From positions 68,253 through 132,252 of the forward strand of contig DOZJ01000001.1 of the NCBI GenBank assembly GCA_003518055.1: DNA of 64,000 nucleotides. Direction: 5' to 3'. The notes under the pieces were generated by a model, which was not told the DNA's origin, made no database searches, and saw only the letters and a program-made list of their open reading frames with translations. Position 1 is the first letter of the stretch. Every line of letters starts with the position of its first letter. The translations under genes were made by a program, and so were the position numbers. The DNA is from Candidatus Falkowbacteria bacterium. Lineage in GTDB: Bacteria > Patescibacteriota > Patescibacteriia > UBA11705. Below, in pieces: positions 27,131 to 38,617 of the stretch.

Positions 27131-27285
27131 ATTTCGAAAAATTATTATCACGTTTTAAGTCTTGAATCGGCTGGTTGTTTGTTTTTTGGGGGGTAGGGTG
27201 GGGCAATGGACAATGAACTATTTCTTTGCTAACATATTATGAACTTCAATTAATGAAATGACATCAGACGGAAACGGAGGCATGA

Positions 27286-27576
27286 ATGACGATTGAGCCG
27301 ATCATTGACAACCCGACGCAGCCATCGCAGAGAATAAAGAGAATTGTATATTGTTTGCTGGGAATTTGCTGGATTCTGACACTCGCAACAATAATTTTTG
27401 TGATTTTGGAGCTGAAAGCATTGGCTTTGGGGTCGGCTTTGGCTGTGTTGGCTGTAGCTGTAATTATGGAATTGTACATGAGAATAAACAAAGTCGGTGA
27501 GATTTATCTGCAATTCGGACGAAAACAGAAATTGAAGCCTGATGGAGACGAAGAACAAACGAAGCCAGATTGCTGA
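27286..27576 (+). CDS. small membrane protein (96 aa), hypothetical
   Basis: Two TM helices. Charged C-terminal tail. Confidence 0.4.
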   Translation: MTIEPIIDNPTQPSQRIKRIVYCLLGICWILTLATIIFVILELKALALGSALAVLAVAVIMELYMRINKVGEIYLQFGRKQKLKPDGDEEQTKPDC

Positions 27577-27932
27577 TATTCTTAAGTGCCCCATTACAAG
27601 ACGAGAGGCAAATCATGGAGAGTAAAGGACATGATCGTGATCTTAGAATTGCGGGAGAAAAACGACATTTTGGAGAAAAATTTTTACTCTGTTTAGGTGG
27701 CGTCATATGCTGTTTGGCTGGGGTGGTGGCTATGATTGAAGGAATACCGCTGTTTTTTTTCTTATTTACGACATTTACCACCTGGTGGCAAAGCGCGTTG
27801 ATTATCATATTTTTAGAATTATATTTGGTCGGCGTTGGTGGGCTGTTGATACTCGGTGAATGTTGTCATAAAAAATTGGATGAATGGCGTGAGGCTGAAC
27901 GGGGAGAACGAGTGGATGAGTTGTTCAGTTGA
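27570..27932 (+). CDS. small membrane protein (120 aa), hypothetical
   Basis: Three TM helices. Overlaps the upstream gene by 7 nt. Confidence 0.4.
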   Translation: MLIFLSAPLQDERQIMESKGHDRDLRIAGEKRHFGEKFLLCLGGVICCLAGVVAMIEGIPLFFFLFTTFTTWWQSALIIIFLELYLVGVGGLLILGECCHKKLDEWREAERGERVDELFS

Positions 27933-27984
27933 GGTTGAAAATCAAAGGCGAAACTTTGGAGAGGGAATAACCGAGGAGAGTTAA

Positions 27985-28467
27985 ATGAGAAAAATTTCCA
28001 AGCGGGTAAAGTTATTAATTTTGGTAATTTTGACGATCGTTTTTGTGATCGTCTTGTGTTTGATGAAGAGAGATACCGCATTGTTAATGTTGTTGATTGG
28101 AGGCGTTACCGGTTTGTATAGCGGCTGGGTCATTGTTTTGAGTCCAATCCAAACAAAAACTAAGGGGGAGAAAATTATGACATCCGAGGCTCAAGCTAAA
28201 TTAGGTCCGGCTGTCCGGTGGTGGTGGAGAGGGCTGATTGTTTTGTTGGCGGTCATCACTTTGGCGACCTTTTTGGTCACGGTGGTGTTTTTGGCTTTCG
28301 GTATTTTGGGTTGGGGAGTGTTGGCTGGTTTGGTTATGCTGGTCGCGTTGTTCTTACTGTCATTTGTCGAAGACAAGGCTGGAATTCGGGCTGAATCTGA
28401 TCCGTCGGAAACAACCGGCCGTACCGGATGCGTGGGGAAGGATAATGGGTTTAGAGTTAATTGGTAA
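27985..28467 (+). CDS. membrane protein (160 aa), hypothetical
   Basis: Four TM helices. 'gaggagag' RBS. Confidence 0.45.
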   Translation: MRKISKRVKLLILVILTIVFVIVLCLMKRDTALLMLLIGGVTGLYSGWVIVLSPIQTKTKGEKIMTSEAQAKLGPAVRWWWRGLIVLLAVITLATFLVTVVFLAFGILGWGVLAGLVMLVALFLLSFVEDKAGIRAESDPSETTGRTGCVGKDNGFRVNW

Positions 28468-28530
28468 CCGGGTTATGTTTGAAGATCTTCGTTTAATTAA
28501 ACGGAGATTTTTTAATAAAAATGATATAAT

Positions 28531-29073
28531 GTGATTATGAAAGATCAATTTGAAACCACAACTGATTTTACCAATATTTGCAACAAAATTTTGGATTATT
28601 TGGGGCGTCAGGATTACTCGGAGGCCAAGTTGGTGGAGAAGGTGACAAACTTAAAAAAGTATTACCCAAAAACAAAGCGATATGATAATTATACGAGTGA
28701 GAATGTGACGAGGGTAATTGAAGAGTTGAAAAAAAAGGGAGTGATGGATGAAGTGAAATTTTTAACCAGAATGCTGGAAGCATACCTCGGGCGGGAATAT
28801 GGAATCAGAACAATTGAAAGAAAAATGCGGGAGAGAAAATACAAAAAAGAAAACATCGTCGAGGTAATAGATAGTTACAGGCGAAGTGGAAGTGAATTTG
28901 ATTATACGAAGATAGAGAAAGTGGCAGTTAAAAAGAAAGAGCAATGGGAGAAAAAATATTATGATGATAAACAGAAATTTTATCAAATTAAAACTAAGTT
29001 ATACGTTTGGTTGGCGCAAAAGGGATTTGAATCAGGTGAAATTAAACAAATTATAACAAGGATATATAAATAA
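28531..29073 (+). CDS. basic helical-repeat protein, possibly RecX-like
   Basis: 180 aa, Lys/Glu-rich, three helical repeats. Weak resemblance to RecX. No decisive motif. Confidence 0.3.
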   Translation: MIMKDQFETTTDFTNICNKILDYLGRQDYSEAKLVEKVTNLKKYYPKTKRYDNYTSENVTRVIEELKKKGVMDEVKFLTRMLEAYLGREYGIRTIERKMRERKYKKENIVEVIDSYRRSGSEFDYTKIEKVAVKKKEQWEKKYYDDKQKFYQIKTKLYVWLAQKGFESGEIKQIITRIYK

Positions 29074-29074
29074 T

Positions 29075-29650
29075 ATGACGAAAAAGACAAAAACAGTAAT
29101 GATTATTGGAGCGGCGTTAATAATTGCTGCCGGAGTTTATTATGTCGCGGCTCCGCGGGTGAAATTTTGCGGTGATTGCCAGACAGAAACCGGTAATAAT
29201 GAAATAAACAATTTCGAATCATGCGTTGATGCCGGCTATCCGATTTATCAAACTCAGCCGATTTATTGTTTGACCCCGGAGGGAGAAGTTTTGGTCCAGC
29301 CGGTAGATGACCAATTGTGGGATCTGAGCGATAATAAACGCGAAACATTATTGTCCCGAATAGATAATGTTAAGGTCTGGTTTGAGGCGAGCGTATCGAC
29401 GTATAAATATGACGGATCAAATTTAACGTTCAAGGGATTCGAGGATAACAATGACGGTTGTATGTTTGATGACGGCTGTCAGGCGTATGTTTTTCAATTT
29501 GATTCCAGCCACGCCGGATATGGTGACAGAACCGGGCAAGCTTTGGCTCAGGTGATAACCACTCACGTGACGATTGTGTTTGTAAAAGATGGCGTTCCAA
29601 TTTTAGCGGTCACGGATGGGGAGTTTGAGGAGTATAAGTTGTCAAGATAG
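29075..29650 (+). CDS. membrane-anchored or secreted hypothetical protein (191 aa)
   Basis: N-terminal TM or signal anchor. Cys-containing soluble domain. Confidence 0.4.
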   Translation: MTKKTKTVMIIGAALIIAAGVYYVAAPRVKFCGDCQTETGNNEINNFESCVDAGYPIYQTQPIYCLTPEGEVLVQPVDDQLWDLSDNKRETLLSRIDNVKVWFEASVSTYKYDGSNLTFKGFEDNNDGCMFDDGCQAYVFQFDSSHAGYGDRTGQALAQVITTHVTIVFVKDGVPILAVTDGEFEEYKLSR

Positions 29651-29857
29651 GTTTGAAATAGGGCTAAAATGGTGTAATCTTTGTGTTCACAGACGGATTT
29701 CCAAGACGGGGGTATTTTGCTATAATAACAGCAGCGTTAAGAGCTGATGGATGGAAATTAATGGAAACTAATAGAAATAAGAAGTTAATTGTTTAGTTTA
29801 ATGGATTTCTATTGGTTTCTTTATTTCAATAAATTTCAGCGTTTATTTTTTTTGTTT

Positions 29858-32800
29858 ATGTATTTAAAACGATTGGAAATTCAAGGGTTCAAGTCTTTTG
29901 CCAATAAGACGGTTTTAGAATTCCCCGACGCCTCGCATAAAGATAAAAACGCTCGAAGTGTTACCGCGATCGTCGGGCCGAATGGGTCGGGCAAGTCGAA
30001 TACGGCTGATGCGATTCGCTGGGTGCTGGGGGAACAAAGTGTCAAGGCGCTTCGCGGTAAAAAGACCGAGGATGTGATTTTTGCCGGATCGGAAAAAAAG
30101 GCCAGACTGGGGTTTGCTGAGGTCTCGCTTCATCTTGATAACAGTGATAATACGGCCCCGATTGATTATACTGAAATTGTTATTACCAGACGGGTTTATC
30201 GTGACGGCGAAGGTGAATATTTGATTAACAAAAATAAAGTCAGGCTTTACGATATTTTGATGCTTTTGGCCAAAGCGAATTTCGGGCAGAAAACATACAG
30301 CATTGTCGGTCAGGGCATGGTGGATCAAATTATTAACATCTCGCCGTGGGAGCGAAAAGAATTTTTTGACGAAGCAACCGGAGTCAAGCAATATCAAATC
30401 AAGCGCGATCAAGCGGTAAATAAATTTAATCGATCAAAAGAAAATTTGGAACAAACCAATCAGATTTTGGCGGAACTTGAGCCGCGGTTAAAATTATTAA
30501 CCAGGCAGATTAAAAAATTGGAAAAAAGGAAAGAGATTGAAAAAGATTTGCGCGCCATGCAGCAGAAATATTATGCTAATATTTGGGGGCAAATAAAAAA
30601 AGACAAGCAAAGATACGATGAAGAATTGGCGATTAAAACAGCACTCAAAGATGATTTGGATGGACGTATGACGGCGGCACAGATTAAGTTGGCTGATTTG
30701 GCCCGGGAAGAGTCGAGAAAAGACGTCTTTAACCAGTTACAAAAAGATTACAACAAATTACAGGAAGAAAAAAACGAGATCATCAAAGAATTATCCGTGA
30801 TTAAGGGTAAAATGAGTTTGGAGTATACCAAAGTTGGTAAGCAGAATTTGTCTTGGCTTGAAGATAAGAAAGAAGAGGTTGAACACCGCGTGAGAGAAGT
30901 GAAAGAAAGCCTGCATAATTTGGAACTGAAAGTAAAACAAAAACAACAGCTATTGGCGGAGAAAGAAACCAGATTCAAGGAAATTCGCGATGAAATTATT
31001 TTGGATGAAAATAATCTTAAAAGCGCTGAGGAATCATTGGCAATGTTAAAGGGCGCAGGTCGGCAGGAGTCAATGTTTGATGCGGTACGGGCGATTTTAC
31101 GGCAAAGAGCGTTGATTAAAGGCATTTACGGTACGCTTAGCGAACTTGGTAATACTCAGGAAATGTATGAATCGGCTTTGTCGGTGGCAGCGGCAGGTAA
31201 GTTGTCGGCCGTGGTGGTGCAGAACGATGAAGTGGCAGTAAAATGTATTCAATATTTAAAAGATAATAAATATGGGCCGGTGACTTTTTTACCACTCAAC
31301 AAATTAAACGCACAAGAACCGGCGGAGAGAAGTCGTGATTTATTGGGAGCGAATGGGGCTATTGGTTTCGCGGTTGAGTTGATCAGTTTTGATCCGGCAT
31401 ATAAAAAAGCCTTTCAGTTTGTATTTGGTAATACGATTGTGGTGGATCAGGTAAACCATGCCAAGGAAATCGGCGTCGGCAGAGAAAGAATGGTGACGTT
31501 GGAAGGCGATATTTTTGAAAAATCAGGAATGATGAGGGGCGGTTATCGTCGCCGTGGCGGAGATAGATGGAAAATTATCGATCAAGATAATCGATTGGTG
31601 TCCCAAGAAGAAAAAATGAAGGAAATCGCGGTTTTGAAGTCAAAGCTGGAAGAAAAAAACAAGCAAAAAGATCGAATAAACGAGGAAATCAGCGATTTGC
31701 GGGTGGAAACACAAGTGGCGGAAACAAAATTCAAGGCTTTGACCAATGATTTGGAAGATTTACAAAAAGAAGAACGGAAAATAAGCGATGAATTGAGTGA
31801 AAATAAATTAACACCAAAAGATCAGAGTGAATTTATCAAGGGGCTGGAAGATAAGAAAAAAGATTATGAGGAGAAAATTGAGGTGCTTGATGAGAAGGTT
31901 TTATCGGTAAGAAATAAGATTGATGAGTTTAATCTGGAAGAAGAAAAAAAGAAACGGGATGTTTTTCAGCTGCAGGATGAAATGCAAAGTCTTCAACAAA
32001 AGTTGAACGATGTTAATGGGTTGATGAATAATCTGCAAATCTCGGTCGCGAAGCTTGAGACTAAGACTGAGGATTTGGAAAAAGACGTGAGGCAAGAATT
32101 TCACGAAGGCATGAGTCTTGATGACCTGAAGGCTGATACGGTGGTTAATTTGGATCAATTATGGTTTGAAATCGGGAAGTTGAAACAAAATCTGGAACAA
32201 ATTGGTGGAATTGACCCTGAAATCGTGGATGAACACAAGGAAGTGGCTGAGAGATATGAATTTTTAAGCACACAAGTCAATGATTTGGAGACGGCGATTG
32301 TTGATTTGGAAAAGATTGTGGAAGAATTGGATTTGGTGATTGATAAACAATTTAACGCGTCATTCAAAAAAATTAATAAATCGTTTGAGGAGTACTTTAC
32401 TAAAATTTTTCAGGGCGGAAAAGCGAGGCTAACATTACTGCAAAAAGAACCGGTCAAAAAGAAACGTGAGGAAGTCAGCGAAGACGGTGTGATTGAAGAG
32501 ATTGAGGTTGAGGATGAAACCGCCAAAGGTTTGGCGCAAACCGGTGTTGATATTTATGTGTCGCCGCCGAACAAAAAAGTGAACAATATTTCAGCCTTAT
32601 CGGGTGGAGAGAGGACTATGACATCATTGGCCTTGCTCTGTGCTATTATCGACAGTAATCCGGCTCCGTTTGTTGTGATGGACGAGGTAGACGCGGCACT
32701 GGATGAAGCCAATTCCGAGCGTTTTTCACAGATCCTTCAGGAATTGTCATACAAGACGCAGTTTGTGGTTATTACTCACAACCGAGTGATCATGCATGTG

Positions 32801-32896
32801 GCTGACGTGTTGTACGGAGTGGCTATGGGCGAGGATGGAGTATCAAAAACATTGTCGCTTGATCTTAAAGAGGCAGAGAAGACGGTGAAAAAATAA
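29858..32896 (+). CDS. smc: chromosome segregation ATPase SMC
   Basis: Walker A 'GPNGSGKSN', hinge '[12 protein letters not shown]...', signature '[17 protein letters not shown]', Walker B/D-loop '[12 protein letters not shown]'. Long coiled coils. Start trimmed to '[11 protein letters not shown]'. Confidence 0.8.
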   Translation: MYLKRLEIQGFKSFANKTVLEFPDASHKDKNARSVTAIVGPNGSGKSNTADAIRWVLGEQSVKALRGKKTEDVIFAGSEKKARLGFAEVSLHLDNSDNTAPIDYTEIVITRRVYRDGEGEYLINKNKVRLYDILMLLAKANFGQKTYSIVGQGMVDQIINISPWERKEFFDEATGVKQYQIKRDQAVNKFNRSKENLEQTNQILAELEPRLKLLTRQIKKLEKRKEIEKDLRAMQQKYYANIWGQIKKDKQRYDEELAIKTALKDDLDGRMTAAQIKLADLAREESRKDVFNQLQKDYNKLQEEKNEIIKELSVIKGKMSLEYTKVGKQNLSWLEDKKEEVEHRVREVKESLHNLELKVKQKQQLLAEKETRFKEIRDEIILDENNLKSAEESLAMLKGAGRQESMFDAVRAILRQRALIKGIYGTLSELGNTQEMYESALSVAAAGKLSAVVVQNDEVAVKCIQYLKDNKYGPVTFLPLNKLNAQEPAERSRDLLGANGAIGFAVELISFDPAYKKAFQFVFGNTIVVDQVNHAKEIGVGRERMVTLEGDIFEKSGMMRGGYRRRGGDRWKIIDQDNRLVSQEEKMKEIAVLKSKLEEKNKQKDRINEEISDLRVETQVAETKFKALTNDLEDLQKEERKISDELSENKLTPKDQSEFIKGLEDKKKDYEEKIEVLDEKVLSVRNKIDEFNLEEEKKKRDVFQLQDEMQSLQQKLNDVNGLMNNLQISVAKLETKTEDLEKDVRQEFHEGMSLDDLKADTVVNLDQLWFEIGKLKQNLEQIGGIDPEIVDEHKEVAERYEFLSTQVNDLETAIVDLEKIVEELDLVIDKQFNASFKKINKSFEEYFTKIFQGGKARLTLLQKEPVKKKREEVSEDGVIEEIEVEDETAKGLAQTGVDIYVSPPNKKVNNISALSGGERTMTSLALLCAIIDSNPAPFVVMDEVDAALDEANSERFSQILQELSYKTQFVVITHNRVIMHVADVLYGVAMGEDGVSKTLSLDLKEAEKTVKK

Positions 32897-33214
32897 TCAT
32901 TATCTGGTAAAGGAAAATATATGTCTAATTTTGAAGAGCCGTTGAAGCCAGAACAGCAACAAATGCTGATTATTATTAGTGATTTGGATCGATTGTAGGC
33001 AACAAAAAATAATGGCCGCGGTGTTTCTTGTGTCCGAAGTATAATCAGCTTGCTACGGCAGGGAGATTTGGAGGGGGCAAGGGAGTGCGCGGTGACTGAT
33101 CATGATAAAATCAGAAATTATCCCGACATAGAACGATATCTTTGCGAACAGTTGTTTGAACGGGATGACTTGCGGCGCAGGTTTTTTGAAGGTAAAAAGT
33201 AATTTAACTTTAAT

Positions 33215-33245
33215 ATAAAAAAAGAGGCGTGTGCCTCTTTTTTAG
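33215..33245. terminator. bidirectional rho-independent terminator between the convergent SMC and 1045-aa genes
   Basis: 'aaaaaaagaggc-gtgt-gcctctttttt'. Confidence 0.65.
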
Positions 33246-33257
33246 TCTTGAAATTAA

Positions 33258-36200
33258 TTATTTCGGTAGTTTTGATTTGGCTTGTTTAATTCGGTCGTAG
33301 AGTGGGTCTTTGGTTTCTTGGGGCAGGCCGACTTGGTCAACCATGCTTTTGGCAGTCGTAAGCATTTTTTTGGCGGCAGCAATCTCGCCGGCGGCGACTA
33401 AGGTGTCAAATTCCTGTAAACGAGAATCAAGTGTTTGAGTGATAACGTCAATGGTGCTTGGAGTTTTTTCGAGTTTTCGTGTTTGTAATTCTGCGTATAG
33501 TTTATTTTTTTCGTCTGCAGGCAGATCAACTTGGTCAATCAAACTTTTGACGGTCGCCCGAACTTTGTTGGCTTCGGCTGTTTTCCCCGCGGCCGTTAGT
33601 CGGTCATATTCTTGGAGGCGTAATTGAACTGTTTGGCTGATAGTGTCAAAAGTTGATACTTCGGTTTCATTTGGTCGGCCGCGCAGGGCAGAGACTCGGT
33701 TTTCAATCGAAGCAATTTTTGCTTGGCCGTCCTTGGTTTCTCGCGAATACAAGCCGGACATTAGATCAAGGGCGACGTCAATTTTGAAATCAGCCTGACG
33801 CGCGCGACCAGCTTTTAAATCCGCTTCTGCTTCCAGTAAATTGGTGTTGAGTTCATGCTCTGTTTGTTTGATTGTTCGTTCTAAGTTAACGAGAAGTTTT
33901 TGCATAAAACGTTCGGCTGAGTGTTTGGGGCCGACTTCCATGTTTGATGACAACATAACGTTTTGAAAAGCGGAGCCAAGTTTATCGTCAAGGAGCTTGA
34001 TGGCATCAATAAATGATTCAGCCGCTATGGCCGCGTTGAAACGGTTGACGAGGCGGAAAAAGTTTTTGACTTCGGGCAGTTTGAGTAACGATTGTTCCGT
34101 GAGAGGCTGCAAGTCCGGATCGGGCAGAGCTTCGTTTTTGGTTGTTTTATCGGAATTGTCTAAAGAGGCGTCTTTATCGGCAGGGATTTCCAAGCCTTGT
34201 TCGGCGCGGTCTTCAGCTCGGTTTTGGGCTACTTTGGCCGCGACAGCGTCGGCAGTATTGAAAGTCACCTCAGAAATTGATGTTTGGTTGTCCGGGCGTT
34301 CAGCTGAAGATTTTTGGGCGGCTGGTTTTTTTTGAGTATAGGCGTCATCATAGGCTTGTTCTGCTTTGGCCCACGAGTTGAAGGTTTTTTTGTAAAAAGC
34401 GGAAGGCAGTTCGGTGCTATCATCTAAAATCAGATTCGCGCCGGGAAGGCGGACTTCAAATTTACCATTGGCTAATGGTGAAATCCATTGTTGTTTTTTG
34501 CGGAAGGTTTCGACTTGGTCATCGAATGATTCCTCCCAGACTTTGAGATGAGCGGCGAGAGCTTTACGTTCTTTAGCCGGGAGTTTTTTTAGCTGGTGGT
34601 CAAGTTGAGCAAATTGAATTCCTAGATATTTTTCAAGCTCTGATGCTTTGGCGCCGGAAGCAAGCAATTCGGTGAATTTTTGTTCAGTCTCTGTTTGTAG
34701 ACGAGAAATGGAAGTTGGAATCTCAGCTGTCTCGGGATTTTTTGGTTCAACAGGAGCTTTTTTTTGAGCGCGGCGGAACTCTTCGGTTGCGGCGGCCACT
34801 TCATCGAAATCTATAATCGGGGCCGATGGTTGGACCTTCGGTTGTTCGGGAGAGATTAACGCTTTGATAGCCGCGATTTTGGCCTCGGCTGCGCCACGGC
34901 GGCTAGTGGGAATTTTATCAAGTAGGGTTTGAATTTCAGATGAGTTGGTGATTAACCGATCAAACTCTTTTTGTTTTTCAGTCGGAGTTTTGTCGGCCAT
35001 GAATTTTTTGAATACGGATTCAAAGTTGCCGAGAAGTTGATTTAAAACAGTGAGACGTTCGGAGTTACTTATTTTATCTGCCGCGTCATTCAGAGCGGTT
35101 TCAAATTGACGGAGTTGTTTATTGATTTGCCGTAGAGTTTGGCTGTCAAGCTGCCGAGCAATTTTGGGATCCCCAAGAATTTCATTTTCGAAATAATTAA
35201 GGTCATCAATGGCTAATTCAGGGCGTTTGGCTTGAATAACAATATCAATTCGGTTCTTGAGATTATTTAAATCCTGATTCAATTCTTGAACGATTCGCGG
35301 AGTTTCAGCCGGTTGTTTTGTTTCTGATTTTGCGCGTTCAGAAGCAAAAAACTTGTTTACATCTTCTTTGGTTTTTAACGTCAATGTATCGCCTGCGGGC
35401 GTGTTAATCTCATAACCACCACCGAGAAGACCGCTGATAGAATATCCCGGAATACTGTCATCTAATAAATCAAAATTTTCTGAACTGGTTTCAGTTTTTG
35501 GTTTGGTCTCTGATGCAGGTTCTATTTCAGTTTCCGGCTCTGGTTCAGGACCGGTAGACATAAATTCTTTGGCGGCATCAATTTGTTTTTTCATCAGGTC
35601 AAGAGCTTTTTTGTCTTGGTTGGTCAGAAAAGCACCAAAATTGTTGATAATATCCTTTTTGTCGGTTTTGAAGACTTTTTCGGCTGCTTCAGAATCACCT
35701 TGTTTGAGATAATCGGTCACTTCTTGAATTAGGTTCTCAATTTCTTCGGACGCGGCCTGACTTTCGGGTGTGGCGGTTTTTTCTTTGTCGGTCAGATCTG
35801 ACAGATCTTTTGGTTTTGGTTGGCTTTGTTCAATTTTGAGAGCTTTACCAAGTGAACCCTCAGGCGCGAGGCCGGGAACTGTCATCTTCGGGTTAATAAT
35901 CGATAGTTGCGCTAGGTCAGTTTCTAACTGCGCCAAGTCAGCGGAAATGTCAGGCGTGTCGCTGCCAATACGCTCGGCAGCAGTGGCAAGCGCGGTTGGT
36001 GTGTTTTTAATTTCATTTTGGATTACAGCCTTTTCGGTTTCAGCTCGCTGTAGACCGCGATCGATGATATTTTGAAGCGCTTCAGATTGAGCCTTGGGTT
36101 TTTGTAGAGCATCAACAATTTTTTCCCAAAAGGCTTTGCCGCCAAAAGGCCGCAATAATTTTTTTAAAACTGAAAAGGTCAGTTCGCCGCGATCAGCCGG

Positions 36201-36395
36201 TTCACCACCTTTTTCTTGTTCATGATCGCGCCAGAGATGGTTGAAATAATCGAGTGGTTGTAATGAGGTTAAAATGTCCGGAGAGGCCGGTTCATCGGTG
36301 ATTTCTTCCCCTTTGCCACCTTGAATGACTTCAAGTTTGGGGGAGGCATAATCTTCGGTGGTGGAAGGATTTTGTTGTCGGGCTGGTTCAGCCAT
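33258..36395 (-). CDS. large acidic low-complexity coiled-coil/repeat protein (1045 aa), hypothetical
   Basis: Continuous ORF. Acidic disordered N-terminal half. Two about 60-aa C-terminal repeats ('...QTLDSRLQEFDTLVAAGEIAAAKKMLTTAKSMVDQVGLPQETKDPLYDRIKQAK' and 'QTVQLRLQEYDRLTAAGKTAEANKVRATVKSLIDQVDLPADEKNKLYAELQ'). Confidence 0.5.
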   Translation of the reverse strand: MAEPARQQNPSTTEDYASPKLEVIQGGKGEEITDEPASPDILTSLQPLDYFNHLWRDHEQEKGGEPADRGELTFSVLKKLLRPFGGKAFWEKIVDALQKPKAQSEALQNIIDRGLQRAETEKAVIQNEIKNTPTALATAAERIGSDTPDISADLAQLETDLAQLSIINPKMTVPGLAPEGSLGKALKIEQSQPKPKDLSDLTDKEKTATPESQAASEEIENLIQEVTDYLKQGDSEAAEKVFKTDKKDIINNFGAFLTNQDKKALDLMKKQIDAAKEFMSTGPEPEPETEIEPASETKPKTETSSENFDLLDDSIPGYSISGLLGGGYEINTPAGDTLTLKTKEDVNKFFASERAKSETKQPAETPRIVQELNQDLNNLKNRIDIVIQAKRPELAIDDLNYFENEILGDPKIARQLDSQTLRQINKQLRQFETALNDAADKISNSERLTVLNQLLGNFESVFKKFMADKTPTEKQKEFDRLITNSSEIQTLLDKIPTSRRGAAEAKIAAIKALISPEQPKVQPSAPIIDFDEVAAATEEFRRAQKKAPVEPKNPETAEIPTSISRLQTETEQKFTELLASGAKASELEKYLGIQFAQLDHQLKKLPAKERKALAAHLKVWEESFDDQVETFRKKQQWISPLANGKFEVRLPGANLILDDSTELPSAFYKKTFNSWAKAEQAYDDAYTQKKPAAQKSSAERPDNQTSISEVTFNTADAVAAKVAQNRAEDRAEQGLEIPADKDASLDNSDKTTKNEALPDPDLQPLTEQSLLKLPEVKNFFRLVNRFNAAIAAESFIDAIKLLDDKLGSAFQNVMLSSNMEVGPKHSAERFMQKLLVNLERTIKQTEHELNTNLLEAEADLKAGRARQADFKIDVALDLMSGLYSRETKDGQAKIASIENRVSALRGRPNETEVSTFDTISQTVQLRLQEYDRLTAAGKTAEANKVRATVKSLIDQVDLPADEKNKLYAELQTRKLEKTPSTIDVITQTLDSRLQEFDTLVAAGEIAAAKKMLTTAKSMVDQVGLPQETKDPLYDRIKQAKSKLPK

Positions 36396-36397
36396 AT

Positions 36398-36589
36398 TTA
36401 ATATAATTTTTCAATGTGATTGGTAACTTGACCCAAACGATCGGTTTCCATTTTTTTAACCGCGGTGAGGTAGATTTTTTGTCTTTTTTTTCTGATTTCT
36501 TCGAGTTTTTTTTCAAAACTGTTGTAGGATATCAAGTAAGAAAAGACTTGGGCGAGCGCGGTTTGCAGTTTGTTGGGATTTTTAGCCAT
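36398..36589 (-). CDS. small basic helical protein (63 aa) translationally coupled to the 1045-aa gene
   Basis: Stop is 2 nt before the downstream start. Confidence 0.35.
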   Translation of the reverse strand: MAKNPNKLQTALAQVFSYLISYNSFEKKLEEIRKKRQKIYLTAVKKMETDRLGQVTNHIEKLY

Positions 36590-36751
36590 ATAAAATAGAT
36601 CAGAAGTAAATTGATGGTAATATTATAGCATAAATTATGATGACACGCCTATTGACAAACGGTGCATAATTTGTTAATTTTAGAGGGATTTGGTTCATTG
36701 ACAAACCGGTGGGTGATAAAACACAACGACCGTCACTCAAAAGGAGGGCTG

Positions 36752-38617
36752 ATGGCGCTGGTTGAAGCTTCTCGAGAGGTGCGAGGTATTGGGCCGAGCG
36801 TGGCTCAGGTCAACCGAACATCTTTGAGATTGCAGCGGACTTGGCTGAGACTGAAGGATGTTTTGGGTGATTCACGGCGGTTTGAGCTGGACGAGATCAA
36901 AGCGTTAGCGCAGCCTTTTGGTGGCTGGAAGAACCATTTCGAGGTCACGTCAGAATGGCAATTGATTTTCGCGGTTAATTTGCTCGCGGCGGATGGATTT
37001 CTGCGAGTGGAAGAAGGTGTTAACGGTCAAATTTATCATGTGGTGAAAATGACAGACATCAGAACGATGCAAACATTGGTAAAGGCGAAAACAACAGATG
37101 AAATTCGGCTGCCTCGATACTTGTGGTCATTGGCAGAAAAATTGTATCAGGAAACCCGCGGTGAGGACTTTAATCTGGTTGAGCTGTGCGCTGAAATCAA
37201 TCGTCGGTCATCACTGCGTCAAGTGTTCGGATTGACACTCAAAGTATTGCGGCCGTATGTATCTTTGTTGAAAAAGAACAAGGTTATTGCGGTGAGTGTT
37301 TGTGGGGGGCAAGATGGCGATACATATACGTGGCTTAGAAATTTTGAGCCAGGCGGTGAAACTTTCACTTGCGGTTATGGGGGGAAGTCTCCAGTTGTCA
37401 AAGTGACTGAATCAGCGGTGCAGAAGCGAAGTAATCAGCCTTTCGTAAGTTCATCGGTTGAAATGATTGATCCTGATCCATTTTTGGTGCGGTTTTTGAG
37501 ACGGTTGGTTAGATTTGTTGGTTTTGATGAATTTCGTTTGAAGGAAGACGACTTGAAAGCGCTATTTAGTGGTAAGTATGATAATGTTGGCGTGAATTTT
37601 ATCACGTTTAGAGCGTATGTTTCAATGGCGGTAAGAAAAGGATGTATTTTGTGGCGATTCAGCGGATACAAGAATGGGAGAATTTACAAAGTTAATCCAT
37701 TGGTAAGGTTGACAGAACCCGAGGCTAAACTGGTTAAGACAAATACGGTGATTAGCGATTGCGGCTATGGTGATCGTTACGCCTTTGTTCTTAGGCGGTT
37801 GTTTGAATATGTGGGTGGGTTGTCTTTTCGAACCAATCAAATTACCGCTGAATGGCTTGAATGTTTTGGTTTGGAGTACAGCAATTTTAACAATTATTTG
37901 ATTCGGTTCCGCGAAGATTTATGTTTGGAGGTGATTGAGAACCGTAAAGGCCGGTCGCGGCATGTGTACCGCTGGACAACGGGTGTACGACGGTTCGGTC
38001 TGGTGCTGCCAAAAAATTTCGCTGATGTTTCAAATTTGATTCAAATTGATGAGATTGACACGGATGATCTTGGTGTGCCAGCTAGATTTGTTGAGAAACT
38101 GTGGTTTGTAACTAAAAATGGTCATGTTTTTACCTTTGATTGGTTGAAGTTGGTGACAAATGATGTTGAAGAAAGATTCGGTCTGAAAGAGCCGACCATG
38201 CGTAATTATATTCATAAAATGGTAGCGGCTGGTTACTTGGAATCAGAGAGAGATCAGAGTCAGGGATGGAAGGTGGCATGTTATCGCTGGACTGATAAGG
38301 TCAGCAATTTTGATTGGGTGCTGCCTGATAATCCGTGGGTTTTGTTGAAGCCGGAATCAGTAGAACGGGTTACGGCGGATGAATTGGCCCTGACGGCCAT
38401 TGAAACTGAACAGCTGCGTAATTTGCAGGCTCGATTCTCGGCGTCTGGGATGACAAACCGCGTTAATGACAGTATGTTTCAACGAGTACTCGAAGGAGAT
38501 CGGAGCTATTTTGGCGAACGGGTGGAGGCGTTGGGTCTCTGGCGTATGGTTGGCGAGGGGCCGCGCGGCAACATTTATGAAGTAGATGTTCAGAAGCTGA
38601 TGAGTTTTCAGGGTTAA
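36752..38617 (+). CDS. hypothetical soluble protein (621 aa) with internal repeated motifs
   Basis: Strong RBS 'aaaggaggg' before the ATG. Repeated 'G(x)IY(H/K/E)V' and 'YRWT..V..F.(W/L)VLP.N' motifs. Confidence 0.5.
   Translation: MALVEASREVRGIGPSVAQVNRTSLRLQRTWLRLKDVLGDSRRFELDEIKALAQPFGGWKNHFEVTSEWQLIFAVNLLAADGFLRVEEGVNGQIYHVVKMTDIRTMQTLVKAKTTDEIRLPRYLWSLAEKLYQETRGEDFNLVELCAEINRRSSLRQVFGLTLKVLRPYVSLLKKNKVIAVSVCGGQDGDTYTWLRNFEPGGETFTCGYGGKSPVVKVTESAVQKRSNQPFVSSSVEMIDPDPFLVRFLRRLVRFVGFDEFRLKEDDLKALFSGKYDNVGVNFITFRAYVSMAVRKGCILWRFSGYKNGRIYKVNPLVRLTEPEAKLVKTNTVISDCGYGDRYAFVLRRLFEYVGGLSFRTNQITAEWLECFGLEYSNFNNYLIRFREDLCLEVIENRKGRSRHVYRWTTGVRRFGLVLPKNFADVSNLIQIDEIDTDDLGVPARFVEKLWFVTKNGHVFTFDWLKLVTNDVEERFGLKEPTMRNYIHKMVAAGYLESERDQSQGWKVACYRWTDKVSNFDWVLPDNPWVLLKPESVERVTADELALTAIETEQLRNLQARFSASGMTNRVNDSMFQRVLEGDRSYFGERVEALGLWRMVGEGPRGNIYEVDVQKLMSFQG

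Noticed and set aside
33439-36075. Plus-strand ORFs (62-112 aa) inside the 1045-aa minus-strand gene
   Set aside because: They are antisense to a long continuous ORF and have low-complexity Ser/Ala-rich translations.
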